Shown: positions 14,150 through 27,021 of the stretch, one piece after another
Numbering within the stretch: position 1 is the stretch's first letter
How the letters are laid out: every line of letters begins with the position of its first letter
Notes under the pieces: model-generated
The model's database searches: none
What the model was told of the DNA's origin: nothing
What the model saw: only the letters and a program-made list of their open reading frames with translations
Assembly: GCF_036321535.1 (NCBI RefSeq)
Contig: NC_087436.1
Location: forward strand, 53,632,001 to 53,696,000
Reading direction: 5' to 3'
Source: Camelus dromedarius
Taxonomy: Eukaryota
DNA length: 64,000 nucleotides
Translations under genes and position numbers: made by a program

Positions 14150-14640
14150 TTTGTCCATTGCATCAACAAATACTGAATATCTCTGCCATATGTCTGGCAC
14201 TATTCTAGATGTTAGAGTGAAGAAGTTTTTGCACCCATGGAGTTTCGAGTCTACTGACAGAGATAGGCAGTAAACAAATACAACAAAATGAATACGATCT
14301 AACAAATACTGCACAAATACAATAAAACAATCCATTACAACAGGTAACTTGCAAATGTTGTAAGGAAAAATAGAGGTAGGGTAAGCAGAGGGAGCACTGT
14401 GGGAGGGAGATTCTGTATTAGACTGGGTGATCAGGGCAAATTTCTGAGCAGTTGACTTTTGGGCAAAGACCTGTTTAAGGGAAGGAGTAAGCCATGATAT
14501 CTAAGGAGAAAGTGTTTTAGGCAGAGGGGACGGTGTCTTACATTTGAAGATCACTAGCTGGACGGTGTGTCTGAGTGATAGGAGAAAAGTGGAAAGAAAT
14601 GAGGTCAGTAGGCTTTCTCAGCCATGGTAAAGACTGGTAG
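14150..14640 (-). mobile_element. L2 3' end
   Basis: catcaacaaatactgaatatct..tgtctggcactattctag. Confidence 0.7.
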
Positions 14641-15064
14641 TGTTAACTGAGGCTGTTATTCTTAACAATCTGACAGATGTAAAGTAGTATGTCATTGTTA
14701 ACTTGATATTTCTCTGTATAACAGTTTTGAAACTTTTCACGTGTGTTTCTGGATTGACAATTCTGCCTTTTAGTATTTACTCTTCTGCATATATCCATAG
14801 TCAAGTTATTTCTACTATTGTTTTCTGAGATTATTTGTTTTGCACTATAAATGCTTTTACAAGTATACCATTTAGTGACTTGAGTTAGGATGTTTTTTTC
14901 TCAATCACAAATTGTGAATTTCTTTGAAAACCATATGTTGTTAGTGTTACAGATTTATGACCATTGTATGTGCATGAGTTGCCTTTTCTATAATGTGTCA
15001 CTCTATTCTGCTTTATGGCTTTTAAAGTTATATTGCACACTGGCGGATATTAGTAGAGAAAAGG

Positions 15065-15235
15065 TTTTGCCACTTACCAGCCTGTGACTTTGGGTAAGTT
15101 TTTAAACTCTATGCTTTCATTCGTCATCTGTAAAATAAGGATTATAACAGCATCTACCTCATGGGGTTATTATGAGGATTAAGAGTTAATACTTTTAAAA
15201 TGCTTAGAACAGTGCCTGGCATGCTATGTATTATA
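15065..15235 (+). mobile_element. MIR
   Basis: ctgtgactttgggtaagt..tcatctgtaaaataaggattataacag..acagtgcctggca. Confidence 0.85.
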
Positions 15236-16899
15236 CAAGTGTCATCTTTCACTTTCTAAGTGGAAAAAAAAATTCCAGATAGAGAAATATTCAGAGACTA
15301 TACCAGCCATCTACACTATCTTAACAAAATACTCAAGAAAAGGCTCAAACTTGATTAAGAAAGAAGCTAAACTAATTTTACCTTGTCTTGTTAGAGATTA
15401 AAAAAAAGAAATCCAGTACTGATCTTTTTGGGGGTGGGATGGGAAAATGATTCTTTTTCTCTCTCTCAATCTTTTCTTTTAGTCTAGAAGCTTGTATGAT
15501 TTTATCCTTGAAATAATAATTTTATGAAGCTAATTTAGGTGTGTGTATTTTCTCAAACTATCCTAACTGGGGCTCCTAGCCCCTTCAGTCTACACACTTA
15601 CATTTTCTTTTATTGATTTGTTTAGTAATTGCCTTTCCTTCATCTGTATTTAGTTAATTTCTCCTGGAATTCTGTGATTTTTTTATGAGAGATGCCCTTG
15701 GATCTGTCCAGGTCAGTAGTCATCTTTTCTCTTGAGTCCCATTCTTTTCAATACTTGCTTAAAGTTGTGAGATAGGTCTCTGACTTGACCTTTAATTAAT
15801 CAGGGTCTAAAAGTGACCTTTCTCCACTTTGATTTATCTAGTTAATTAAAAAAATTTAAATCCATGGTTTGTGATTTAGAATCAGATTTCCTTAAGCACT
15901 TTCATTTTGTATGTTTAAGATGGCTTCTTTGCCCTTCAGTGTAGCTCTGTTTCAGGAGGTAATCTCCGTTCTCGGTGTTCTGCTTGTTCTTCCTCACTCT
16001 GGCTGCTAGAACTGGGGCCTTGGCATTTTCCTTTGCCTCCACAGGGCTCCACCCTTGCTCCAGTGCAACTCCACTAGTTCTGAGAGGCACTGTCTTGCAG
16101 CCCACTGGCACTCAAGCCAGAAGGTTGTGTATCCGCTACTGAGAACTCTCTGCCCCCTTGACTCCTCAAATTCTGTCAGTCAGTTGGTTCCCCACTTATC
16201 CCTAAGGGCCAGACATGTGAAAAGGAATGAGATCTGATATGATATCATTTATCATGTATGATATCAGTGACTTTTCAATCCTCACCTTAGAGCTCTTACT
16301 CTTTCTGCAGGGCCCCGAAGTTTCATTTGGCCTAAAAGGGAAAACCCAAGTTCACTCACTCTTTGGAAGAGATCTAAGCAGAACTTGAGGTTTATCATAT
16401 ACTCTCTCCCTGCCTACTTAGGGGAAGTAGTTGGCATTTGAGCTGGAGTTGAGAGAACTGAGCAGTAGGAATGCATTTACACTGCCAGAGATCTCCCGAT
16501 CTTGAGCTCTTAAGGTCATTTGTTAGATGTCTTTATGCAACTTTTTCAAGAAGGATTCATGGATGGTATATTTTCTCAGCCTTGCATATCTGAAATGATC
16601 TTTTTGTTTCTTTCTACATGTTAAAGGAAACTTGAATAGATTATAAATTGTGTCTACATACTATTTGAATCAAGATAACAAACTTAAAATATATTCCATC
16701 CTCTTTCCTTGGCAAATAAATTTTCATTACAATAAAATTGAAAAAGATCTGTAGCCTTATGGTTTTTATTTTTTTATTTATCATTTTAACCATTTTTAAT
16801 TGTACAGTTCTGTGGCAAGTATGTTCACATTTTGTAACCATCACCACCAACCATCTCCATGGATACATGTATGTGAGTTGCACTGTTGGCTTTTTTTTC

Positions 16900-17460
16900 C
16901 TTTTTAATTAAGATTTACAGAAAAAATGAACAGGTAGTATAGAAAGTTCCATATTACTCCCCTCCTCCCATCACACGCAATTTTCCTATTAACATTTTGC
17001 ATTGGTGTGGTAATAATTTGGTATAATTAATGAACTGGTATTGATACATTATTATTACTGAAGCCATAGTTTATACAGATTTTCTTAGTTTTTACCTAAT
17101 ATCTTTTTTCTGTTCCAGGATCCCATCCAGAATACCACATTACATTTAGTTGTCATGTCTCCTTAGGCTCCTCTTGATTTTGATAATTTCTTACACTCTC
17201 TTTGTGTCTGATGTACAGATTTGAGGAGTACTGGTCAGGGATATTGTAAGTTATTTTTTTAAACATTTTTTAAAATTGAAGTATGGTTGATTTACAATAT
17301 CGTGTTAGTTTCTGATGCACAGCATAGTGGTTCAGATATAGATGTATAGATATATATATATACTTTTTCATATTCTTTTTCATTACAGGTTACTGCAAGC
17401 CATTGAATAAGTTCCCTGTACTATACAGTAGGACCTTGTTGTTCATCTATTCTGTACATA
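16900..17460 (-). mobile_element. L1MC fragment plus a younger L1 3' end (17270-17460)
   Basis: ttccaggatcccatccag..acatttagttgtcatgtctcc; ttgaagtatggttgatttacaat.. Confidence 0.75.
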
Positions 17461-19999
17461 ATAGCATTATGTTTTTATATGACAAAGTGCCAAGTATCAA
17501 AGATGACTGAATGTAATTATTGCACGTATCTGGGTGTTCAACAGCAATGTTTGGGTGAGTGATAAAAATATATGTTGTTGTTGTTCAGGGACACTGCTAA
17601 TTTTTGCTGTTCTATATATATTTGGATATTCTTCCATTGTTTTTATCTTATCTTTTAGTCTTTATTCTGAAGAAATTTTCCCATTTGTCTTGCTTTCATG
17701 CTAACAAAATCATTAATTACATTCTTATAAGAATTTTCTCATAACATCCGTTGGCAGTAATATAAAGTATAAAAAATATTCCAAGTGTGTAATATTTAAA
17801 TATATTTAATCAAAAAAGGAAATTAAATATTAAAAATTATTTTATTTTAAAAAGTTGTCTTAAAATATTCAAAATTATTGATAAATTGAAAGACAAAATA
17901 TGAACATAATTGTCTTAATTTAAAATAAAAATTTAAATAAAATAATTTTTTGAAACTTTAATGAAATATTATTAAATGGCTTATATAAATAAAACTCAAT
18001 GTTCAACACCCATCTTGTTGCTGATGTAAAGAATCAGTAACACACTTCATACATTACTTATTATTTCTACAACTATCTATATACAAATGTAAGAGTGATA
18101 ATAAGTTACTTAATATCATGAAGTGTTGCACTTTGTGTACCTGCTGTGAATACTTTGCTGTTTGTGAATCATTATGTCATTTTAAAATTTAGTCTTTAAA
18201 TTTAGTCTCTTAACCAAGAACAGCTCTGCTACTTAGATCAGTTTTCTTGTAGGATGGCCCACATTCTGGATATCTGATTGTTTTACTTGTTTTTTTAGCT
18301 CCCATATTCCCATTAACTGGAGGTTTAGCTCAAAGGTTTGGCTAGAAACATATCCAACTTTTTTGGCAAGAATGCTTCATGGTTAATGCTGTGTATTTAA
18401 TATTGCATTCCATCAGTGAGCACATAATGTTTATCACTTGCCTAAGATGATGATGCCAGATCAATCAATTGTAAGATATGTTTTTCCTTTGCAATAAGAA
18501 ATTAATCTGTGGGGTGATATTTGGTTCAATGCCAATATCATCTTCAACAACCTTTTACCCAATGGTTTTAACATCCTGTCTGAATTATTTCATTAAGAAT
18601 TGCAGAAAGATTTTTCCAGTTAAATAATTCCTTCTACATTTATTAGCTGACATTTTTCTATAAAGAAGAATTTTCCCTCAACAACAGGAGATAAATTATA
18701 GTTCTTCCCCAAAGGCAGAATAAATGTTTAATTCTTTACTGGTTACATGGGGACAGGAAGATGGAAAGAAGACTTCTCTGAGTATAACTTTTTATATAGT
18801 TTTGATTTTCTCTTACCAATGTATTTTATACATTAAATCTAGAAGGAATATAAAATGTAAAAATCCAAATTTAACTCCAACAATTAAAAGACCTATTTTT
18901 AATTCATATTGGTAGAATCTATACAGAGAAAATAATTATTTCAAGTGAACATTGAATATTCCATTTGTATGTTCTTAGCGGGATATGTTCTACGAACCAA
19001 AAGAACTGCAAAGTAATCTTAAAACTTCATGAGGTAATTGTATTGCTGATTGTAATAGAATTACCAGGACCCAGGATTTTCGGTGCCAGAAAAGAGATAC
19101 ACAAATATAAACCCAAAAGTTTAGAAAGATTCCTGTTTATCAATTGTTTATAAACATTAATACGGAATCATTTAAAAATATTTAAGAACATTTCTTAGTT
19201 TTACTCATGGCAATGATGCCCCACCTGGTAAAAATAAGATTCCCAGGTGTACCTGATCTCACTCACAAATCTGACACTTTCTATGGCAAAACTGCGAAGT
19301 TAGTTAAATCCATGCTCCACCTCTCAGGTGTCTGGACATAGCTGGAGAAGAACACAACTACACTAACTAAATTCATCGCCCCAATGTCAGGTGGGTCTCA
19401 GTGATACCTCATGGTTGAAGTATAGATCCCTGGTCCGTTCACTGGGCTGCTCTCTTGGTTATTTCACACTTCTCCTTTCTCACACTTCCAAGTCACTTCC
19501 TCTATCCTCACTCTGCCACTTCTGCTTCCTAATTCTCTGAGAAATTAGAAACAATCAGAAAAGAACTTCTTCACAATGGAGTACTACGTAGTAATTAAAT
19601 TAAAAACAAAACCCAAAACATTGATACAGATGAATATCACAGACATATTAAGTGAAAGGTTCTCATCACCACATCTACACTATACAATCTGTAAGATCAC
19701 TCTCATGTATTCTGGCATCTTAATCTGCTTCTATAGAACCTCCCTTTCCTCCACGTAGGCAGAATATCTCATCCTCTCCCACCTTGCTCAGGGACATTAC
19801 TGCAGCATTCACTCTCCGTCATCAGTGTCCCTCACTACTTACTTGCTCCTGTCAGCATATACGTATGTTATTTCCCCATCCCTTAGGAAACTTCTCTTAA
19901 CCCCGCCTTCTCTGCCAGCTTCTGCCTTGATTCTCTGCTTGGCAGCAAAACTCCTCAAAAGAGCTCTCTGTAGGCAGTAGGGGACCCATGAAACCACTA

Positions 20000-21240
20000 G
20001 CCATATAAATCTGTAGAGCATTTGCTCTCTCCAGAAGGTTTCCTCATGCCCTTTTCTTGTCAACACCACCCTTAAAAGATAACCACTATTCTGACTTTTA
20101 TCATTATTAGTTTTGCTTGATCTTAAACTTCATATAAGTAAATAGATCATTGGTATGTACTGTTGTGACTGCTTTCACGTAATATGATGTCTGTAACATT
20201 CATCTGTATCAGTATGTTTTGGGATTTTTAATTTAATCACTATGTAGTACTCCACTGCAAGACTCTACCATTGATTCATTCTTCTATTGACGCACGTCTG
20301 GATAGCTTCTAGGTTTTGACTGTTATGAATGATGCTGCTGTGAACATTTTTAAAACTTATGTTTTGGCAGAGACGTATACTCACTTCTCATGGGTATGTA
20401 TCTAGGAGTAGAACTGCTGGATCGTAGAGTAGACATATCTTTCATTTTACTGCATAGTACCATCTGTTTTTCTATTGCCAAACTGTTTTCTGACGTGTTT
20501 GAACTAATTCACTTTCACGTAAGTAAAATATACAGTAGTTTCAACTGTTGCTCCACATCCTCATTATTTTTCAATATTGACAATCTTTTTAATTTTAGTG
20601 ATTCTGGTAAGTGTGTTATCTCATTTTAATTATTATTTCTGTGACAAATAATTAAACACCTTTTCATAGGCTTCTTGGGCATTTGAATAGTCTCTTTTGT
20701 GACAGACCTCGTCAGGTCTTTTGCCAATTAAAAAAAAAAATAGAATTATTGTCATTTTCCTACTGATTTAGAAATGAGTCTTTTGTTGGATTTATGTACC
20801 ATGAAAATTTCTTAGTCTGTGATTTTCCTTTTTACTTGCTTAACTGTGTCTTTTGATGAATATAGTTCTTAATTTTAATGAAGTCAGTCTTTTATGGTTA
20901 GTGTTTTTTATGTTCTATTTGACTGTCTTGAGGAAATTTTCCTGTTTTATTCTAAAAGCTTTATTGTTTTACACATTTAAAACTGTGATATCTCAAATGA
21001 AATTTTGTATGTCATATTTGGTAGGGGTCAAGTTTCATTTTGTTCCATAAAATATACAAATATTCCAGTACTCCTTATTGAAAAGCCATTCATTCTCTTA
21101 TAGCCTTACGTTGATATCTGTCATTAGTTGGGTCTTTTTCTGTTCCATTGCTCCATTCTGTTCCATTGTTCTATTTGTGTATCCTTGTACCAATCCCACA
21201 CGGTCTTAACTACTGTAACTTTGCACTAAGTCTTGGATTC
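20000..21240 (-). mobile_element. L1ME-type LINE fragment
   Basis: gctgctgtgaacatt..ctaggagtagaactgctggatc..ttgtaccaatcccacacggtcttaactactgta. Confidence 0.75.
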
Positions 21241-21707
21241 AAATATGTTTTTCTCAAGCTTGATTTGGCTCTTCTGGTCCTGATTTTTTTTTTTTTTTTT
21301 TTGATACCTCAAAGTAATATATATTTATAGACCCAATGCAGAGAAGACCAATTTTAGGTTATAAGCAATCAGTTGATAGGGAAAAAAAAAAATCCCTTTA
21401 TAGTGCTTGAGCAAATATTTTGAAAAGCCTATTGGTGGGATAGCAAAATCTCACCAATGGTATTTTAAGTTTCCATAGCTCACCTATTATTCCTTCATTC
21501 TCTCCGGTCCAGTCATGTGTAGAAAGGTACCAGTTTTTGGTGAAGTGACTGTTCATTTTAAGAATAGTGATAAGAAGTGGAGGGTTAATCTAATGATTAT
21601 CTATGACAAAGGCACAGAATAAAGATATAGGTAACAAATCCCCAGCTTTATCCCACTGACACCACCAGGATCTAGTAACAAGGTATTGAGAAATTATACA
21701 TCTACAT

Positions 21708-21918
21708 CAGTGGTTCTCAACTGAGGGGCAATTTCTGTCCCCAGGGGGACACTTGACAGTGTCTGGAGACATTTTTTTTGGGCAGGAGGTGAGAGAGAGA
21801 TGAAGGTGGGTAAAGGCCAACAGTGTTGCTCAACACCCTACACCTCACCAGACAGCACTCACGGCCATGAAGAATTACCCAACTGAAAAGATCATCCTGT
21901 GGCAATTAAGAAACCCTG
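21708..21918. mobile_element. MER20
   Basis: cagtggttctcaac..ggggacacttgacagtgtctggagacatttt..agaaaccctg. Confidence 0.85.
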
Positions 21919-22878
21919 ATATAGACGGTCACAGCTTTCTCTCATGGAAAGATCTTCAGGCAAATAGCCCACCCATTTAATTCTGCTGTGGTATTTGCAC
22001 ATAAAGAGAGCCAGCGGGCAGCAGTGCCTTGATGAGTGAATATGCCTCAGGGGCTGGAGAGGTAGGATTTAAAACTTAAGATAAACCACATCTGGTTTAC
22101 CAAAGAATGAAGTCAAGAACTGAAGGAGGAAATGGTGGTAATGTAAACCAGGGGACCCACCATCCCCCTGGAGGTTAGAGAAAAAGTTGACAAACTGTCT
22201 CTCACTTCTGTGGGAAACTATTCTCTCCTGACACATAATTGTCACATTTGTTACGTGGAAGGGGATGGAGACAAACCACCCTACTCTCAAACATTCCAAA
22301 GTGAACTGGGTTTTTTTTTTGGTAGCTAGAGTTTGAAGCTAGAATCTACAAGTCTTGTTCTTCAACAGCCCCTTGTATTTTTCCTGCTCTTCTCTTCACT
22401 CTTCCACTGGTTCCTTTCTCTTCCAGAGTGTAGAATCCCAGGTGTTGGAACCCCCATGCTTTTTTTCCTATTGGGTCATTTCCATTAGCATACAAATACT
22501 ACGTTATTATGTTTACCATCTTAAAACAGAAAATTTTTGCTTGAATCGTTTCTCTGTTCCCGTTTGCAGTAAATCTCAGAAAGGTGTTTACTCACTGTAT
22601 CCAATTTCTTTTTTCCAATTTTTGCTTGAAGTCACTTTAGTAAGGCTTCCCTCAGCTTCTGACTTGTCTTCCTACTTCCATCCTTGCTCCTCTGCATTCT
22701 CTTCTCAGCACAAACAGCCAGAATGATTCTTTTAAAATGCAGTGCCTTTGTTCCAAACATTGCAGTAGCTCTTCATTTCTTAAAATAAAAGCCAAAATTC
22801 TTTCATATCTATGAGTCCATATGTGAACTGGTCCCATTTACTTCTCTGGTTTTCGCTTGGCCCTCTCCTTGTTCATTT

Positions 22879-23451
22879 TGATACAGGAAAAATGTGTCAT
22901 GAGAGGATGGCCATGTCCCAGGACCCAGGCAAGTCCCTGGGATGCGCCCCATCAAGTGGCTTGGCTCAGGAAAGAATATGAATGAGCCATAGTTGAGTAA
23001 AGGTAGATTTCTTCAGAGAGGTACACACTGCATAGACAGAGAGTGGGCCATCTCCAAAGGTGAGGGATAGAGGCCAAGAGGCAGGGTGTTGCTCATTTTT
23101 ATTGGCTCAGTTATTTCATATGCTAGTAAATGGGAGGATTATTTCAACTACTTTGAGGAAGGGGCTGTGATTCCCCAGAATTGGGCCACCACCCACTTTT
23201 TGATCTTTTATGGTCAGCCTCTGAACTGTCACGGCACCAGTGGAAATGTCATTTCCCATGCTAATGTATTACAATGAGCATATAATGAAGCTCAAGATCT
23301 ACTGGAAGTCAAATCTCCTGCCATCTTGGGCCTCAGGGTCTATTGGGAGTTGAATTTTCCACCATGTCAGTGTAATTGCTGTGGTTTTTTATTTTTTATT
23401 TATTTATTTATTTTTTGATGGTTGTGCCCTGCCCCCTTACCTCCGGTTTCA
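22879..23451 (-). mobile_element. ERV1-class solo LTR inserted in L2
   Basis: TG..CA termini, 573 bp, 4-bp TSD ATTT; L2 sequence resumes on both sides. Confidence 0.8.
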
Positions 23452-24431
23452 ATTTCAATTCAGCCACTCTGGTCTCCTTGATGTTTCTGGACTTTCCCAG
23501 TCTCAAGGTCTCTGCACTGCTTTTTCCTTTGCCTGGGACCCACTTCCTCCAGATGTTCACAGGACACATTCCTTCACATCCTCAAGTCATTTCTCAATGA
23601 AGTCTACTCTACTATAAGTTTACATTGTAAATAGCCCATGTTGCAGTCCCAATCTTCCTCACCTGGATCTATTTCCTTCTATACTGCTCATCAACTTCTA
23701 AAATTGTTGTTCATTTATTCAACATTTATTGATCACCTACTGTGTGCCAGGCATAGTACTGGTTGCTAGGGATATATCAGTGAACAAAACAGACAAAAAT
23801 ATCTTCCTTCATAGAGCTTATATTCCAGAGGGAAGAGACAGATAAGAATAATTTTAAAAAATTGTAAGGTTTTATTAGCAGAAAAACAAATTAAGAGAGG
23901 TTGATCATCAGAATAATTTAGCAATTAAAAAAATTAACTCCTGGGTCTCATTTCAAACATACTGAATTAGAACATTTAGAGTGAGGGTTAGGCCTAGGGC
24001 TTATATTTTACAAAACTCTAGGTTATTCAGAAAGACTGGGATAAATGCTTTAGAGTATAATTGTGTCTCAGAATGAAGGATAATGGCACGTTTGCTCCTT
24101 TCTATAACAACTTATTCACATTATACTTGTGTCCTGACAGAGCGGAGAAAAGAGATGCTCATGGGGAGATAAGTATACTAAGATTGAGGTTTCTGGATGA
24201 TTTTTTTCTGGACTAGGTTTTTCCCACTGGTTGAGCATTATTTGGGAAAAGAGTCATTAGGTAAATGGTGAGGGCAGACCCTCATTCAGGAAGAACTCTC
24301 ACTTTCAGAGTCTAGGTGAGAGGCAATGATCTTACGGTTAAAATAATGAAAAAGATCCGTTATTGGGAGAGAAATGTTTTAGAGAGGTACCTCTGCAATT
24401 CTTCTGAGGGAAAAGTATATGAAACTTGGTA

Positions 24432-24940
24432 TATTAGTTATCTATTGAGTAATAAATGACCCCAAAACGTAGTGACTTAAAAAGCAAACATTTCTTACTG
24501 TACAATTTCTGTGGGTCAGGAGTAAAGGAGTGGCTTACTGGATGGTTCAGCTTGGGATGTCTCATGAGGTTGCAGGTAAAATATTGACTGTGGCTGTGGT
24601 CATCTGAAATTTCACTGGGATCGGAGGATCCGTTGGCAAGATGGTTCATTCACATGGCTGTTGGCTGGAGACTTTAGTCCCTCACCAAGTCAGCCTCTCC
24701 ATAGGGCTGCTTGGGTGACCCCACAACATGCAGCTGCCTTCCCCTAGAGCAAGTGATCCAAGAGCGAACAAGACAGAAGGTGCAAGTGCAACATCTGTTA
24801 TGACTTAGGCTTAGAAGTCATGCTCTATTATTTTTGCATTATCCTATGGCTACCTAATATGGGGGTGGGGGCGCTACCTAAAGTGATGAATACAAGGAGG
24901 CAGGGATCACTGACAGCCAACTTGGGGGAAGGCTACTATA
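24432..24940 (-). mobile_element. MLT1F-like MaLR LTR
   Basis: ttagttatctattg..ccccaaaacgtagtgacttaaaa..ctgtgggtcagga..aggaggcagggatcactg. Confidence 0.8.
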
Positions 24941-25419
24941 TTTGAGGTGTTATCATTATGGACAGCCCCTGCTGGTTGATCACATTACTCTTCCACATCT
25001 GTAATGAACACAGTATTATAATGTTTTCTGCAGTAGAAAAACACAAACAGATGATAAAATAACCGTAGCAACCTGCTTGTGCCTTAAAAGCTTTCCTATA
25101 GGAGACTGAAGTGAGATTAGCTTTCTCTGTAAGTTTACCCAAGTTGTCCCATATAGGGTAGTTAGATCCAGTAGCACATTGTGCATTAATAGTCTATGCG
25201 CTCATTGGATTCATACCAGGAATACCCTACAGTCCCTAAGACAACAATAATAACTAACCAGATTAATAGATAAAGGAGAGAAATGATAGAAATATCACTA
25301 TAGATGCATACAGGCATTTTACAAAATTTAGCATGTATTCTTGACGTAAGAAAAAAACCCTTAATACCATAAGAATTGGTAGAGATTTTTTTAACGTATT
25401 TTTAAAGAGCTCATGTATA

Positions 25420-25782
25420 GCCTGGACTGGGCTCTTATCTAAGAGGTTCTGGAGAATAATTCTCTTCCAACCTTTTCAGGTTGTTGGTAGCATTCTATTC
25501 CTTGTGGTTATAGAACTGTGGTTCCCATTTCTTGCTGGCTGTCAGCTAGGGACTGCTCTCAGCTTCCAGAGGCTGTTCATACTCCTCACCGCATGGTCCA
25601 CTCCATCTTCAAAGACAGGAATGACATGTCAGATTCTTCACACATTTGGAATCTCTTTGACTCCTACTTCTACTACCAGCCGGAGAAAACTCTATGCTTT
25701 TATAGGGCTAATGTGATTCAGCTAGGCCCAACAAGATCCTTTCTGTCTTAAGGTCAACTGATTAGTACACTTAATTATATCT
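25420..25782 (-). mobile_element. MLT1 LTR fragment
   Basis: tcaggttgttggtagcattc..ttaaggtcaactgattagt. Confidence 0.7.
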
Positions 25783-26118
25783 GTTTCTGTTTTGTAAATA
25801 AGTTCATTTGTGTCCTTTTTTTAGATTCCACATATGAGTGATGTCATACAACCCATTATATCTTGATCCTTAGATACAGAGGGCTTTGGTGTGTTACATA
25901 GAAGCTAGTATCTTTGTCTCAACTTTTCATACATCCAAACATGATCTCAATAACAGTAACCCGAGGAAAAAGCAATTTCCAAACAACATCCACTAATTAC
26001 AAGCCTTCCTTCTTCCTTATTTATGCACATACCTCCAAGTTTTTTAAAAAGTTCTGATAACATCAACTGGAAAGGAATGGAAATTGCTAAGAACACACAC
26101 TTTGTATTCACTTGGGTC

Positions 26119-26302
<184 letters not shown>

Positions 26303-26304
26303 GA

Positions 26305-26565
26305 TTTGTTTAGAGAGATGTACATGGGCAGTGGGGGCACAGTGGGGAATTAAGTAAAGGTAGACACGCTCCATAGACAGAGTGTGGGCCCATCTCTGTC
26401 TCTGAAGGAGGGGGGGGGGTGCAGAGAGAGAGAGAGTGACCTAGAGGTGTGGTGCTGCTAGTTTTTATATGCTAACAACTGAGAGGATTATTCCAACTAC
26501 TTTGGGGAAGGGGTGGGGGTTCCCTGGAATTGGGCCACTGCCCTCTCTTTGACCTTTCATGGTTA
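26305..26565 (-). mobile_element. Fragment of the same LTR family as 22879-23451
   Basis: Shared blocks agtaaaggtaga, catagacagag.gtgggcc, gaggattatt.caactacttt, gaattgggccac. Confidence 0.8.
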
Positions 26566-26781
26566 TATTTCATTTTCTAATAGGCTTTCCATAATAATTT
26601 CCAGAGTTTTTATGAGGCAAAACAAAGGCAGCAGGCCATAATAGAAAGCGCCCTGTATTGGAATCTGGGGAACCTGGCTTTCTGGTCCTGACTGCTAAAA
26701 CTTTCTTGGGCAATCCTGAATGAATCTCTAAGCATTTCTCTGGTCCTAGTTTTTCAACCAGTTAAGTAGATTGCATTAGAT

Positions 26782-27021
26782 CATTGTTTCCCATAGTGTG
26801 TTTCATCCATGAATGTTAAATGCTAAAGAAAGTTTGGGAAAATTCAATTAAACCAAGTTAAAGAGGTTTCTTTAGTGCAGGACTTCTTAGAACCTTTAAT
26901 GTGCCAATGTGTATTATGAATTTCCAAGGGAAAAATACATTATTCAGGATTTTCTAAACTTGCTTGACTGTACAACTCTTTTATTGAAAGCACTTAATAG
27001 AAACATTGTTGAGAAATGCTG
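26782..27021. mobile_element. hAT-Charlie MER element
   Basis: cattgtttcccatagtgtg..gcaggacttcttagaacctttaat..ttgagaaatgctg termini. Confidence 0.6.

Noticed and set aside
13733..14335. Longest ORF in the track (200 aa)
   Set aside because: Overlaps decayed L1/L2 sequence, with no recognisable protein.
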